Part shown: piece by piece, positions 51,465 to 60,561 of the stretch | Layout of the letters: each line of letters opens with the position of its first letter | Numbering within the stretch: the first letter of the stretch is position 1 | Origin: an uncultured delta proteobacterium | GTDB taxonomy: Bacteria > Myxococcota > Myxococcia > Myxococcales > Myxococcaceae | Assembly (NCBI GenBank): GCA_963796055.1 | Contig: CAWCKH010000001.1 | Location: forward strand, 96,001-160,000 | DNA length: 64,000 nt | Direction of reading: 5' to 3' | Notes under the pieces: model-generated | What the model was told of the DNA's origin: nothing | Databases searched by the model: none | What the model saw: only the letters and a program-made list of their open reading frames with translations | Position numbers and translations under genes: made by a program

Positions 51465-54400
51465 GTGTACGCCGAGCTGGTCTGCCGCTCCAACTACTCC
51501 TTCCTCGAGGGCGCCTCGCACCCCGAGGAGCTGGTGTTCCAGGCGGTGCAGCTCGGCCTCTCCGGGCTCGCCCTGACCGATGGCGACGGGCTGTACGGCT
51601 CGGTGAAGGCCCACCTCGCGGCGCGGGAGCTGGGGCTGAAGCTCGTCCACGGTGCCCGGGTGACCTTGACCGACGCCCCCCCGGTCGTCGTTTACGTCCA
51701 GGATGCCGACGGCTACCGGCACCTCTGCCAGGTGCTGTCTCAAAGTAGGCTGGCCCACCCCAAGGGGGAGGCCGGCATCGGCTGGCGGGTGCTGGCCGAG
51801 CGGAGCGCGGGGCTGCTCGCGCTGCTGCCCTTTCCGGACGAGCCCGAGCGGGTGGCGCCGCTCGCCGAGGCCTTCCCGGGGCGCTTCTACGTCGGCGCCT
51901 GCCGGACCCTGTCCGCCGGGGACGACGCGCGCTGGGAGCGGGCCCGGGCCCTGGCGCGGACGCTCGAGCTGCCGCTGTGCGCCCACAACGACGTGCACAC
52001 CCACGCCCGGGAGCAGCAGCCGCTGCAAGACGTCGTCGCCGCCATTCGCCACCAGACCCAGGTGGCCCGGGCCGGCTGGAAGCTGTTCCCCAACGCCGAG
52101 CGGACCTTGAAGGGGCCGGAGGAGATGCTCCGGCTCTGGGCAGACGCGCCGGAGGTGGTGGGCCGGACCCTGGAGATCGCCGACAGCTGCCACTTCTCGC
52201 TCGACGCGCTCCGCTACCAGTTCCCCCGGGAGGACCTGCCGCCGGGCCACACCACGCAGAGCTGGCTCGCCCACCTGGTCGAGGAGGGCCTCCGGTTCCG
52301 CTACCCGGCCGGGGTGCCCGAGGCGGTGCGCAGGCAGGTCCGACACGAGCTGGAGCTCATCGAGAAGCTCGAGGTGGCCGGGTACTTCCTCGCCCTCCAC
52401 GACATCGTCCACTTCGCCATCCGCAACGGCATCCTCTGCCAGGGGCGGGGGAGCGCGGCCAACTCCGCGGTCTGCTACGCGCTGCGCATCACCTCCATCG
52501 ACCCGGTGCGGATGGGGCTCCTCTTCGAGCGCTTCCTCAGCCTCGAGCGCCCCGAGCCCCCGGACATCGACGTGGACTTCGAGCACGAGCGGCGCGAGGA
52601 GGTGCTGCAGTACGTCTACAACAAGCACGGCCGCGATCGCGCCGGCATGGTGTGCGAGGTCATCTGCTACCGCGGCCGGCTCGCCGTGCGCGAGGTGGGC
52701 AAAGCGCTCGGGCTGTCGCTGGACCAGGTGGACCGGCTGGCCAAGCACACCGAGCTGGCCGGAACGGGGACCCTCACCGACGCGCACGTGGCCGAGGCCG
52801 GCCTGCGCCCGGAGGACCCTGGCGTTCAGCGGACGCTGGCCCTGGCCCAGATGCTGGAGGGCTTCCCCCGCCACCTCTCGATCCACGTCGGCGGCTTCGT
52901 CATCACCCACGGCGAGCTGGCCGAGGTGGTGCCGGTGGAGAACGCCTCGATGAAGGACCGGACCGTCGTCCAGTGGGAGAAGGACGACCTGAACGCCCTG
53001 GGCATCTTCAAGGTGGATCTCCTGGGCCTGGGGATGCTCACCGTGCTCTCCAAGTCCTTCGCCCTGGTGGAGAAGCACCAGGGCATCCGGCTCGACCTGG
53101 CCACCATCCCCAGCGAGGACCCGGCGGTGTACCGGATGCTCGGCGAGGCGGACGCCATCGGGGTCTTCCAGGTGGAGAGCCGGGCGCAGATGAACCTGCT
53201 TCCCCGGCTGAAACCGAAGAGCTTCTACGACCTCACCATCGAGATCGCCCTCATCCGTCCCGGGCCCATCCTGGGGGACATGGTCCACCCCTTCCTCCGC
53301 CGCCGCGAGGGACTGGAGGAGGTGACGTACCCCTCGGACGAGGTGAAGCACATCCTGGAAAAGACGCTGGGCGTGTCGCTGTTCCAGGAGCAGGCGATGC
53401 GGCTGGCGGTCACCGCCGCGGGGTTCAACCAGGGCGAGGCCGACGCGCTCCGCCGGGCGCTGAGCCACAAGCGGGCCGAGGTACTGCTCGTGCCCTGGCG
53501 CGACCGCTTCGTGAACGGGTGCGTGGGCCGCGGCTACAGCCGCGAGTACGCCGAGAAGTGCTTCGAGCAGTTCAAGGGGTTCAGCCACTATGGCTTCCCC
53601 GAGTCCCACTCGGCGTCGTTCGCCCTCATCGCCTACGCCAGCGCCTACGTGAAGTGCTACCACCCGGCGGCCTTCGCCGCGGCGCTGCTCAACAGCCAGC
53701 CGATGGGCTTCTACGCTCCGCACACCATCGTCGAGGACGCCAAGCGGCACGGGGTCGTGGTGTGGCCCATCGACGTGCGCCACTCGGACTGGGACGCCAC
53801 GCTGGAGGACGGCGCGCTGCGCATCGGGCTGCGGGAGGTGAAGGGTCTGCAAGAGGCCCACGCCCGGACGCTGGTGGAGACGCGGGGCCCGGCCGGGTTC
53901 GCCGACCTCGCCGACCTGGCGCGCCGGGTGCGCATCCCCCGGCATGCGCTGGAGCGGCTGGCCCGGTCGGGCGCGCTGGACGGGCTGTGCGGCAGCCGGC
54001 GGCAGGCGGTGTGGGAGGTGCAGGCGCTCGGGCCCTCCGTGGACGACGACCTGTTCCGCGGCGTGCCGATGGACCGCTCCGCTGCGCCGGGACGCCCGCT
54101 GGCCGAGGCCGAGCAGGTGGCGGAGGACTACCGGACCACCGGGCTGTCCCTCTCCCGGCATCCGCTGGCGCTGATGCGCCCCTTCCTCGCCCGGCGCCGG
54201 GTGCTCACCGCCGTCCAGCTTCAAGAGGCACCGGCGAAGACCCGCGTCCGGATCGCCGGGCTGGTCATCTGCCGGCAGCGGCCTCCGACGGCGAAGGGCG
54301 TGGTCTTCCTCTCGCTGGAGGACGAGACCGGCATCTCCAATCTGGTGGTGCCACCGGAGATCTTCGAGCGCGATCGCCGGGTGCTGCTCGGCGCGGCGTT

Positions 54401-54539
54401 TCTCCAGGCGGAGGGGAGGGTGGAGCGGGTGGGGAAGGTGGTCAACCTCCAGGTTTCGCGGGCCAGCGCGCTGCGGCTCCCCGCGAGCCCCCCGGCTTCC
54501 ACGCAGCTGTCGATCTGGAACCACGCCGCGCCCGGCTGA
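51465..54539 (+). CDS. dnaE2: Error-prone DNA polymerase III alpha (DnaE2/ImuC)
   Basis: YAELVCRSNYSFLEGASHPEEL, GRGSAANS, PPDIDVDFEH, PRHLSIHVGG, YGFPESH, RQRPPTAKG. Confidence 0.97.
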   Translation: MYAELVCRSNYSFLEGASHPEELVFQAVQLGLSGLALTDGDGLYGSVKAHLAARELGLKLVHGARVTLTDAPPVVVYVQDADGYRHLCQVLSQSRLAHPKGEAGIGWRVLAERSAGLLALLPFPDEPERVAPLAEAFPGRFYVGACRTLSAGDDARWERARALARTLELPLCAHNDVHTHAREQQPLQDVVAAIRHQTQVARAGWKLFPNAERTLKGPEEMLRLWADAPEVVGRTLEIADSCHFSLDALRYQFPREDLPPGHTTQSWLAHLVEEGLRFRYPAGVPEAVRRQVRHELELIEKLEVAGYFLALHDIVHFAIRNGILCQGRGSAANSAVCYALRITSIDPVRMGLLFERFLSLERPEPPDIDVDFEHERREEVLQYVYNKHGRDRAGMVCEVICYRGRLAVREVGKALGLSLDQVDRLAKHTELAGTGTLTDAHVAEAGLRPEDPGVQRTLALAQMLEGFPRHLSIHVGGFVITHGELAEVVPVENASMKDRTVVQWEKDDLNALGIFKVDLLGLGMLTVLSKSFALVEKHQGIRLDLATIPSEDPAVYRMLGEADAIGVFQVESRAQMNLLPRLKPKSFYDLTIEIALIRPGPILGDMVHPFLRRREGLEEVTYPSDEVKHILEKTLGVSLFQEQAMRLAVTAAGFNQGEADALRRALSHKRAEVLLVPWRDRFVNGCVGRGYSREYAEKCFEQFKGFSHYGFPESHSASFALIAYASAYVKCYHPAAFAAALLNSQPMGFYAPHTIVEDAKRHGVVVWPIDVRHSDWDATLEDGALRIGLREVKGLQEAHARTLVETRGPAGFADLADLARRVRIPRHALERLARSGALDGLCGSRRQAVWEVQALGPSVDDDLFRGVPMDRSAAPGRPLAEAEQVAEDYRTTGLSLSRHPLALMRPFLARRRVLTAVQLQEAPAKTRVRIAGLVICRQRPPTAKGVVFLSLEDETGISNLVVPPEIFERDRRVLLGAAFLQAEGRVERVGKVVNLQVSRASALRLPASPPASTQLSIWNHAAPG

Positions 54540-54558
54540 TCCGGACAGCAGACCCTCG

Positions 54559-56061
54559 TTGCAGGCGCACGGGCGGGTGCGCTCAAGTGCCGGATGCTCC
54601 ATCGTGGCGACCTCCCCGGAACGCGCTGAGCGCGCCGCGACGCGGCTCGAGCCCTGGGCTGCAGCGGCAGCGCTGGGCTGGTGCGCGCTGAGGCTCGGCC
54701 GGGGGCTCGGGCCGGACCCGATGTACAACTCCGACTGCGCCGTCCCGGTGCTGCTGATGCGCGGCCTGGGAGAGGGGCCGTTCACGCTCTTCTACCCGCG
54801 CCAGGACCGCTACGGGATGTGGCCGTTCCTGCTCGGGCGGTGGCTGCATCTGGGCACGGCCGAGGCGGTGAACGTGCTCGGCATCCTGACGCTCTGCTCG
54901 GCGGTGGTGCCGTTGACCGCGCTGCTGGGGAGCCCGGCGCTCGCGGTCCTCACCCTGGTGCTCCCGATCGTGCTGAACCACACGGTGGCATGGAACTTCT
55001 TCCAGGCCGGGCAGCCGTATCTCTGGCAGGTGGTGACGCTGATCTGGGCCTGGTGGGGTTGCCGGGCGGCCTTCGTCGCGCCCACCCGGGGGCGGCGGCT
55101 CGCGGCGCTCGCCGGCTTCCTGCTGGCCGGCTTTCTCTCGGCGTGGATCAGCACCGTGAGCCTGGTGGCGCTGCTCGGCGCCCTGGTCGTCGAGGCCGTG
55201 CACGCCCAGGCCCGGCCGGCGCGGGTGGTGGGAGGGGCGGTCATGCTCGGGCTCGCGGCGCTCGGCGAGGGACAGCTGCGCCGCGTGTACAACGCCTTCT
55301 GCAAGCGGACGTTCGGTGAGCGCTTCATCACCGTGCTCCGGCTCGACCGAGGGCATCTGGTGTCCAACCTGGGGGTGGTGGCGGCGACCTGCTGGCGCGA
55401 GGGCATCGTCGTCCCGCTGCTGCTGGGAATCGGGGGGCTCGCCGCGCCCCGCCTCACCCGGCCCCAGCGCGCCAGCCAGGCAGTGCTGGTCGCGTTCGCG
55501 GTGTGCTCGCTTCCCGCGTTCGTGCTCGTCCAGCACTTCCGGGAGAACGATTTCTCGGGGCGCTACTTCGCCTTCGCCGCATACTGGGCGGTGGCCGCCG
55601 CGGTCCACGGCGCGTTCGCGCTCGCCGGGGCGCTGGCCGCTCGACTCCGCGCGCCGGTGCATCTGGCCGGGCTCGTCGCCCTGGTGGCGCTGGTCCAGGC
55701 CGGGCCCGCAGACCCCCTCGGTCCGCAGCGGCTCGCGGCGGCGCGACTGGTGGGCGGCGCGCCCCGGGTGCTCCTCGCTGGGTACTGGGAGGTGTACGTC
55801 CCGGCCTCGGTGGCCCCGCCGGGAGCCCTGCTCCCGCTCCCCCGCGAGCGCGACTACAACCGCTTCCCGACGGTGCAGGCCGAGCTCCAGCCGGGACGGG
55901 AGGTCCTGGTGGCCTGCGAGATGGACGGCCCCGACGGAACCCTCGAGCAGTACGGCGCGCTGCTGCGCCGTCTGTCGGCCGAGCCGGTGCGCAGCGAGAA
56001 GCTCTCCTGGTGCCTTCACGCGGTGGAGCGGCCGGCGCGGCCGGCGAAGCGGCCGCGGTGA
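54559..56061 (+). CDS. Hypothetical polytopic membrane protein
   Basis: Many TM segments; N-terminal YNSD and QDRYG motifs; start uncertain. Confidence 0.7.
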   Translation: MQAHGRVRSSAGCSIVATSPERAERAATRLEPWAAAAALGWCALRLGRGLGPDPMYNSDCAVPVLLMRGLGEGPFTLFYPRQDRYGMWPFLLGRWLHLGTAEAVNVLGILTLCSAVVPLTALLGSPALAVLTLVLPIVLNHTVAWNFFQAGQPYLWQVVTLIWAWWGCRAAFVAPTRGRRLAALAGFLLAGFLSAWISTVSLVALLGALVVEAVHAQARPARVVGGAVMLGLAALGEGQLRRVYNAFCKRTFGERFITVLRLDRGHLVSNLGVVAATCWREGIVVPLLLGIGGLAAPRLTRPQRASQAVLVAFAVCSLPAFVLVQHFRENDFSGRYFAFAAYWAVAAAVHGAFALAGALAARLRAPVHLAGLVALVALVQAGPADPLGPQRLAAARLVGGAPRVLLAGYWEVYVPASVAPPGALLPLPRERDYNRFPTVQAELQPGREVLVACEMDGPDGTLEQYGALLRRLSAEPVRSEKLSWCLHAVERPARPAKRPR

Positions 56062-56062
56062 G

Positions 56063-56863
56063 TCAGCGCAGGACGGCGAACGTCTGCTGGTTCATCGCCA
56101 CGCAGGTGTCGCCGCTCCACAGCGCGCGCAGCTCGACGAAGAAGCCGTCGGCGAGGCCTGCCATGCGCGCTTCGTGGAAGAGCCGGTCCGCCGGGTCGAG
56201 CCGCGCCGGGTCCACCAGCAGCTCGGCGAGGAAGGCGGTGGTGGCGACGGGCCGCGGCTCGGTGAGGACCGACCACAGGGTGGGCCACCACGCGTCGAGC
56301 AGGGCGATGACGCTCGCCGCGTCTCGCCGCGGGGGCAGGGTACGCTCCCGGACGTACCCGGCCGTCTCCGCCTCGCGTGCGCCGCCCAGCGGCGCCGGCC
56401 CCGCCAGCCGGTACTCGTATGCACGGGCGAAGTCCGGGCCAATCGGCGGCCCGATGTCCAGGGTGGGCAGCTGGTCCCAGTCGGCGCGGTCGGGTGGCTC
56501 GACGCCACGGGGGTGGGGAATCTGCACCTCGCGGGATCCGGCGAGCACCCCGCTGGCCACTGCCAGGACGTTGCCTCCCTGGATCAGCCGGGCCTGGACG
56601 TTGCTCTGCTTGCTCCCGCGCCGGAGCACCTCGACCCGCAGGGTGGCGGGGCCGGGGAGCACCGGGCCGGCGATGTCCCCGGCGAGCGTCTGGAGCCGGC
56701 GGCCCGGGTCGCCCAGCTCGGCTTCCATCGCCCGGGCGAGCAGCCCGTACACCAGTCCGCCGAAGGCGCCCCGGCCCTGCTGCCAGCCGTCGGGCACCAT
56801 CGCCTCGAAGGTGCCGGGGCCGCTCGGGCGGATCGCGCTGGCCTGCTGGAAGTCGGCGAGCAT
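56063..56863 (-). CDS. Acyl-CoA thioesterase family protein (double hot-dog)
   Basis: WQQGRGAFGGLV, LLDAWWP; ATG at 56863. Confidence 0.85.
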   Translation of the reverse strand: MLADFQQASAIRPSGPGTFEAMVPDGWQQGRGAFGGLVYGLLARAMEAELGDPGRRLQTLAGDIAGPVLPGPATLRVEVLRRGSKQSNVQARLIQGGNVLAVASGVLAGSREVQIPHPRGVEPPDRADWDQLPTLDIGPPIGPDFARAYEYRLAGPAPLGGAREAETAGYVRERTLPPRRDAASVIALLDAWWPTLWSVLTEPRPVATTAFLAELLVDPARLDPADRLFHEARMAGLADGFFVELRALWSGDTCVAMNQQTFAVLR

Positions 56864-56945
56864 CGGTCGGCGGGGAGCATCTCCGTCGTCCGGTGCGGCT
56901 TCAACCCCGGGGGCCGCAGCGCCGCTCCTCGCAGGCATCAGGGCG

Positions 56946-57083
56946 TCAGAAGACGTACCAGCCGCTGAGCTGGACGCGGCGGTCGACCGAGGGCGCGCCA
57001 TCGGTGAAGTGCTGCTCCAGCCAGGCGTACTCCAGGCCGAAGCGAATGGCCTTTGCCGCGTCCCAGAAGACGGTGCACCGCAC
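56946..57083 (-). pseudogene. C-terminal remnant of an outer-membrane beta-barrel (DcaP-like) porin
   Basis: Translated by hand: VRCTVFWDAAKAIRFGLEYAWLEQHFTDGAPSVDRRVQLSGWYVF*; amphipathic strands and a terminal Y-x-F beta-signal. Confidence 0.55.
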
Positions 57084-57174
57084 CGTCGTCCTCGAGCCTG
57101 TCCTTCCAGAGCGCCACGGATGGGTTCCGTGGTCAGGACTCGGGAGCGGCGAAGAATAGTTCCTTGGAGACGGT

Positions 57175-58662
57175 TCAGCCGATGATCATCGTCTCCCGCT
57201 CCAGCCGGCCGGTGCGGAAGCGGTCCAGGTCGAAGCGGGTGAAGAGCTCGTCGCGGGTGTCGCTCACCATCCACGCCGCCATCCGCTCGGCCACCGCGGG
57301 GGCCATCATGAACCCGTGCCCGACGAAGCCGGACATCTGGAGCATGTTCGGGAGCCCGGGCGTGCGGCCGAGGATGGGGTTGTTGTCCGGCGTCACGTCG
57401 TAGCAGCCGGCCCACTGCCGCAGCGCCTTGATCTGCCCCAGCCGGGGAATCTGCTCGGTGAGCGCGCGCGAAAAGCGGGAGAGGAAGCGCAAGGTGGAGC
57501 CCATGTTCAGGCCCGCCGGCTCCCTCGGGTCGCCCATCCCGCCGACAATCTCCCCCCGCATCGACTGGCTGAAGTAGAGGCCGGAGTCGAGCACCGAGAC
57601 CAGTGGCGTGAGAAATGGCTTCAAGGGCTCGGTGGAGAGGATCTCGTGCCGATGTGGCTCGTTGGGGAGCTTCACCCCGGCCAGCCGCGCCACCTCCGGG
57701 CTCCAGGCGCCGGCGGCGATGACCACCGTCTCGCAGGCGATGCGGCCGCGGTCGGTCTCCACCGCCCGGACCCGTCCACCGGAGACGTCGAATCCGGTGA
57801 CGGTGGTGAAGGTCTCCACCCGCACCCCGCGCTTCTGGGCCGCCTGGGCGTACCCCCAGAGGAACGGCCAGGGAAAGATGACCCCGTCCTCGGGGTGGTA
57901 GGCGCAGAGGAGCACCCCCTTCATCGTCAGCTCGGGGACCACGTCCCGGCCCTCGCCCGGGGAGAGGATCTGCGTCTTCACCCCCAGCTTGTTGTGCAGC
58001 TCGGCATTGGTCCGCAGCCGCTCGGCCACCTCCTCGGTCCGGGCGAGGAACAGGTAGCCGCCCTGCCGGAGCCAGACGTTGATGCCCATCTCGCCGGCGA
58101 ACTGCTTCATCAGCTCGATGCTCCGCCGGGCGAGCTCGATGTTGGCCGCAGTGCCCCACTGCATCCGCACGCCACCGCCGTTGCGTCCGCTCGCTCCGGC
58201 ACAGAGATAGCCCTTCTCCAGCACCACCACGTCGGTGCAGCCGAGCTTCGCCAGGTTGTGCGCCAGGGCGAGCCCCATGATGCCGCCGCCGACGATGACC
58301 ACCCGGGTGCGCTCGGGGACGGGCTCGGCGGGGCGGAGCGCGTGCGAGCCCACCTGGATCAGCGGCGGGACGCCCCCCACCGGCGCCCGCGCCTCGTCGA
58401 CCGGGACGGCTCCGAGCAGCGACATCTCCACCGGGTGCAGTGGAGGCCGCGGGGTGAAGGGGAGCACCGCGCCCGGGCTGGCCCCGGTGCGCTCGGCCAG
58501 TGTCCGCGCCACCGCCGACAGGCAGCTCTTCCCCTGGCAGAACCCGGTGCCGAAGCCGGTGTACCGCTTGATGCTCTCGATGTCCCGGTGGCCCTTGTCG
58601 ATCGCGTGGCGGACGTCGTCCAGGGTCACGTCCTCGCAGGGGCAGAGCACGGACTTGCTCAC
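57175..58662 (-). CDS. FAD-dependent amino-acid oxidoreductase beta subunit (sarcosine oxidase beta/proline dehydrogenase-like) with N-terminal BFD-like Fe-S domain
   Basis: CPCEDV...GTGFCQGKSC, then VVIVGGGIMG, GASGRNGG, WAGCYDVTPD, GFVGHGFMMAP. Confidence 0.88.
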   Translation of the reverse strand: MSKSVLCPCEDVTLDDVRHAIDKGHRDIESIKRYTGFGTGFCQGKSCLSAVARTLAERTGASPGAVLPFTPRPPLHPVEMSLLGAVPVDEARAPVGGVPPLIQVGSHALRPAEPVPERTRVVIVGGGIMGLALAHNLAKLGCTDVVVLEKGYLCAGASGRNGGGVRMQWGTAANIELARRSIELMKQFAGEMGINVWLRQGGYLFLARTEEVAERLRTNAELHNKLGVKTQILSPGEGRDVVPELTMKGVLLCAYHPEDGVIFPWPFLWGYAQAAQKRGVRVETFTTVTGFDVSGGRVRAVETDRGRIACETVVIAAGAWSPEVARLAGVKLPNEPHRHEILSTEPLKPFLTPLVSVLDSGLYFSQSMRGEIVGGMGDPREPAGLNMGSTLRFLSRFSRALTEQIPRLGQIKALRQWAGCYDVTPDNNPILGRTPGLPNMLQMSGFVGHGFMMAPAVAERMAAWMVSDTRDELFTRFDLDRFRTGRLERETMIIG

Positions 58663-59225
58663 GGGTGAATCATCCTTCCCGAGGCCAGCATCTCCACGAA
58701 GGTCTGCAGCCGCCGGGCCCGCGTCTCCGGGCGCTTCGCGGTCTGCAGGCGCCAGGTGATGGCGTAGCGGTTGGCGCGGTCGAGCGTCTCGAAGAACTCC
58801 CGGGCCCGGCGGTTCCGGGCCAGCGCGCGCAGCAGATCCTCGGGGGCCGTGGCGCGGCTCGGCGGGTCGTAGGCCTGGGCCCAGCGGCCGTCCGCCTTTG
58901 CCGCGTCCATCTGCGCCAGGCCCGCCGGCTCCATCCTGCCCTCGGCGAGCAGACGCTCGCAGTGGGCGATGTTCCGCTTCGACCAGACGCTCCGGGGACG
59001 GCGGGGGGTGAACTTCTCGAGGAAGGCGTGCGCGTCGTGGCTCTTCTTCTGGCCGTCAATCCAACCGAAGCACAGGGCCTCGTCGAGCGCCTCGGCGTAG
59101 GTGACCGACGGCACGGGCGAGCCCTTCCTGGCGATCTTCAGCCAGACGCCCTCGGCGCTTCGGTGGTTCCTGGCGAGCCACGCCCGCCAGCGGGATGCGT
59201 CCCGGAATCGGAGGACGGGCGTCAT
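58659..59225 (-). CDS. YdeI/OmpD-associated family protein
   Basis: WRAWL..NH, EALDEALCFGWIDG, FTPRRPRSVWSKRN, AKRPETRARR. Confidence 0.9.
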   Translation of the reverse strand: MTPVLRFRDASRWRAWLARNHRSAEGVWLKIARKGSPVPSVTYAEALDEALCFGWIDGQKKSHDAHAFLEKFTPRRPRSVWSKRNIAHCERLLAEGRMEPAGLAQMDAAKADGRWAQAYDPPSRATAPEDLLRALARNRRAREFFETLDRANRYAITWRLQTAKRPETRARRLQTFVEMLASGRMIHP

Positions 59226-60544
59226 CGGCCGAGGATCCCCAGTGCCGCCGCCCGCCCCGATTCGGCCGCGTGGTGGGCAGTCCCGGGTCGGACGACGTCA
59301 CCTGCGGCCCAGATGCCGGCCACCGCGCTCCGGCCGTCGCGCTCCACCTCGGGGACGAACGTCTGCAGCTCCGGACGGAAGGCGATCTTCACCCCCGCCT
59401 GCCGCAGGAGCTCGAAGGCGGGCGTGGGCGGAAGGGAGATCACCACCGCGTCGCAGTCGACGCGCCGCGCGCGCCCACCGGCCTCGCGGTAGGAGAACCC
59501 GTGCACCCAGGTGCGCCCGTGAGCCCGGACCGGCGCTCCCTGGATGGTCCCTGCCGGCGCCTGGCCGGCGCCGGTGTGCAGCACGAGCGGGGGCGTGACG
59601 CCCTCCGCCTGGAACATCCGCGCCAGCGGCAGCAGCTGCGGTCCCTCGCCGAGGATCACCGGCGCGTCGCCGATCAGCAGGCGCCGGCGCAGCAGGAGAT
59701 CCGAGGCTGCTCTGCCGCTGAAGACACCCGGGATGTCGTTGTTCTCGAAGGGCACGGTGGAGGCGTGCCCGCCCATGGCGAAGAGGATGACCCGAGCCTG
59801 GACCAGGAGCACCCGCGGCCCCTCGGCATCGCGCTGCACCGCGAGCAGCACCCGCCCCAGCTCGTCGTCGTAGAGGCCGAGCACCGAGGTGTCGAGCCGG
59901 AGCTGGACGGCTCCCGGGACGGCGAGCACGGTTGTGATGCCGTCCTCGGGCGCACCGAGCACCCGGCGTCCGCCGACGCGATCCTCCTGTTCGAGGACGA
60001 GAGGCGCGAGGCCGCCCGCCGCGAGCACCTCGGCCGCGGCGAGCCCTGCGGCGCCAGCCCCCACCACCGCGACCTCGACCGAGAGTCGCTCTGCAACGGG
60101 CGGTGGGGGAGGGGCCGCGTCGGGCAACAGCCCGAGCCCTGCGAGGTGACGCGCCACGGTGGCCATCACCTTCTCGGCGACGGGGACGCCGGCGAACATC
60201 GAGTGGTGGTCCATCCCCTTGGGGAAGAGCCAGTCGATGCTGGAGAACACGTCGACCTTCACGCTGGGGTAGGCGTTCTGCCGCTCGATGCGCATCCCCG
60301 CCTGGACCGGCGTCTGACAGGCGAAGCGGTTGGGCACGCCGTCGACGCGGACCAGACAATTGGAGCAGGAGCCCGCCATGCAGAAGGGTCCGCGTGGCCG
60401 GTGGTACTTGATGCTCCGCGAGAAGACGGTCTCGCCCGCCGCGAGGAGCGCGCAGGCTGCCGGCTCTCCCTCCCGGGCCCGGAGCGGCCTGCTCTCGAAC
60501 TCGATGGTGAGCTCCGGCCCGGTGGCCGGAGGGAGGCGTCGCAT
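59222..60544 (-). CDS. Oxidoreductase alpha subunit (2Fe-2S + FAD/NAD-binding; sarcosine oxidase alpha/proline dehydrogenase alpha-like)
   Basis: SRSIKYHRPRGPFCMAGSCSNCLVRVDG...AC; VVGAGAAGLAAA; FENNDIPGV; AAGD. Confidence 0.88.
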   Translation of the reverse strand: MRRLPPATGPELTIEFESRPLRAREGEPAACALLAAGETVFSRSIKYHRPRGPFCMAGSCSNCLVRVDGVPNRFACQTPVQAGMRIERQNAYPSVKVDVFSSIDWLFPKGMDHHSMFAGVPVAEKVMATVARHLAGLGLLPDAAPPPPPVAERLSVEVAVVGAGAAGLAAAEVLAAGGLAPLVLEQEDRVGGRRVLGAPEDGITTVLAVPGAVQLRLDTSVLGLYDDELGRVLLAVQRDAEGPRVLLVQARVILFAMGGHASTVPFENNDIPGVFSGRAASDLLLRRRLLIGDAPVILGEGPQLLPLARMFQAEGVTPPLVLHTGAGQAPAGTIQGAPVRAHGRTWVHGFSYREAGGRARRVDCDAVVISLPPTPAFELLRQAGVKIAFRPELQTFVPEVERDGRSAVAGIWAAGDVVRPGTAHHAAESGRAAALGILGR

Positions 60545-60561
60545 GGGCGGGTTCTACCCGA

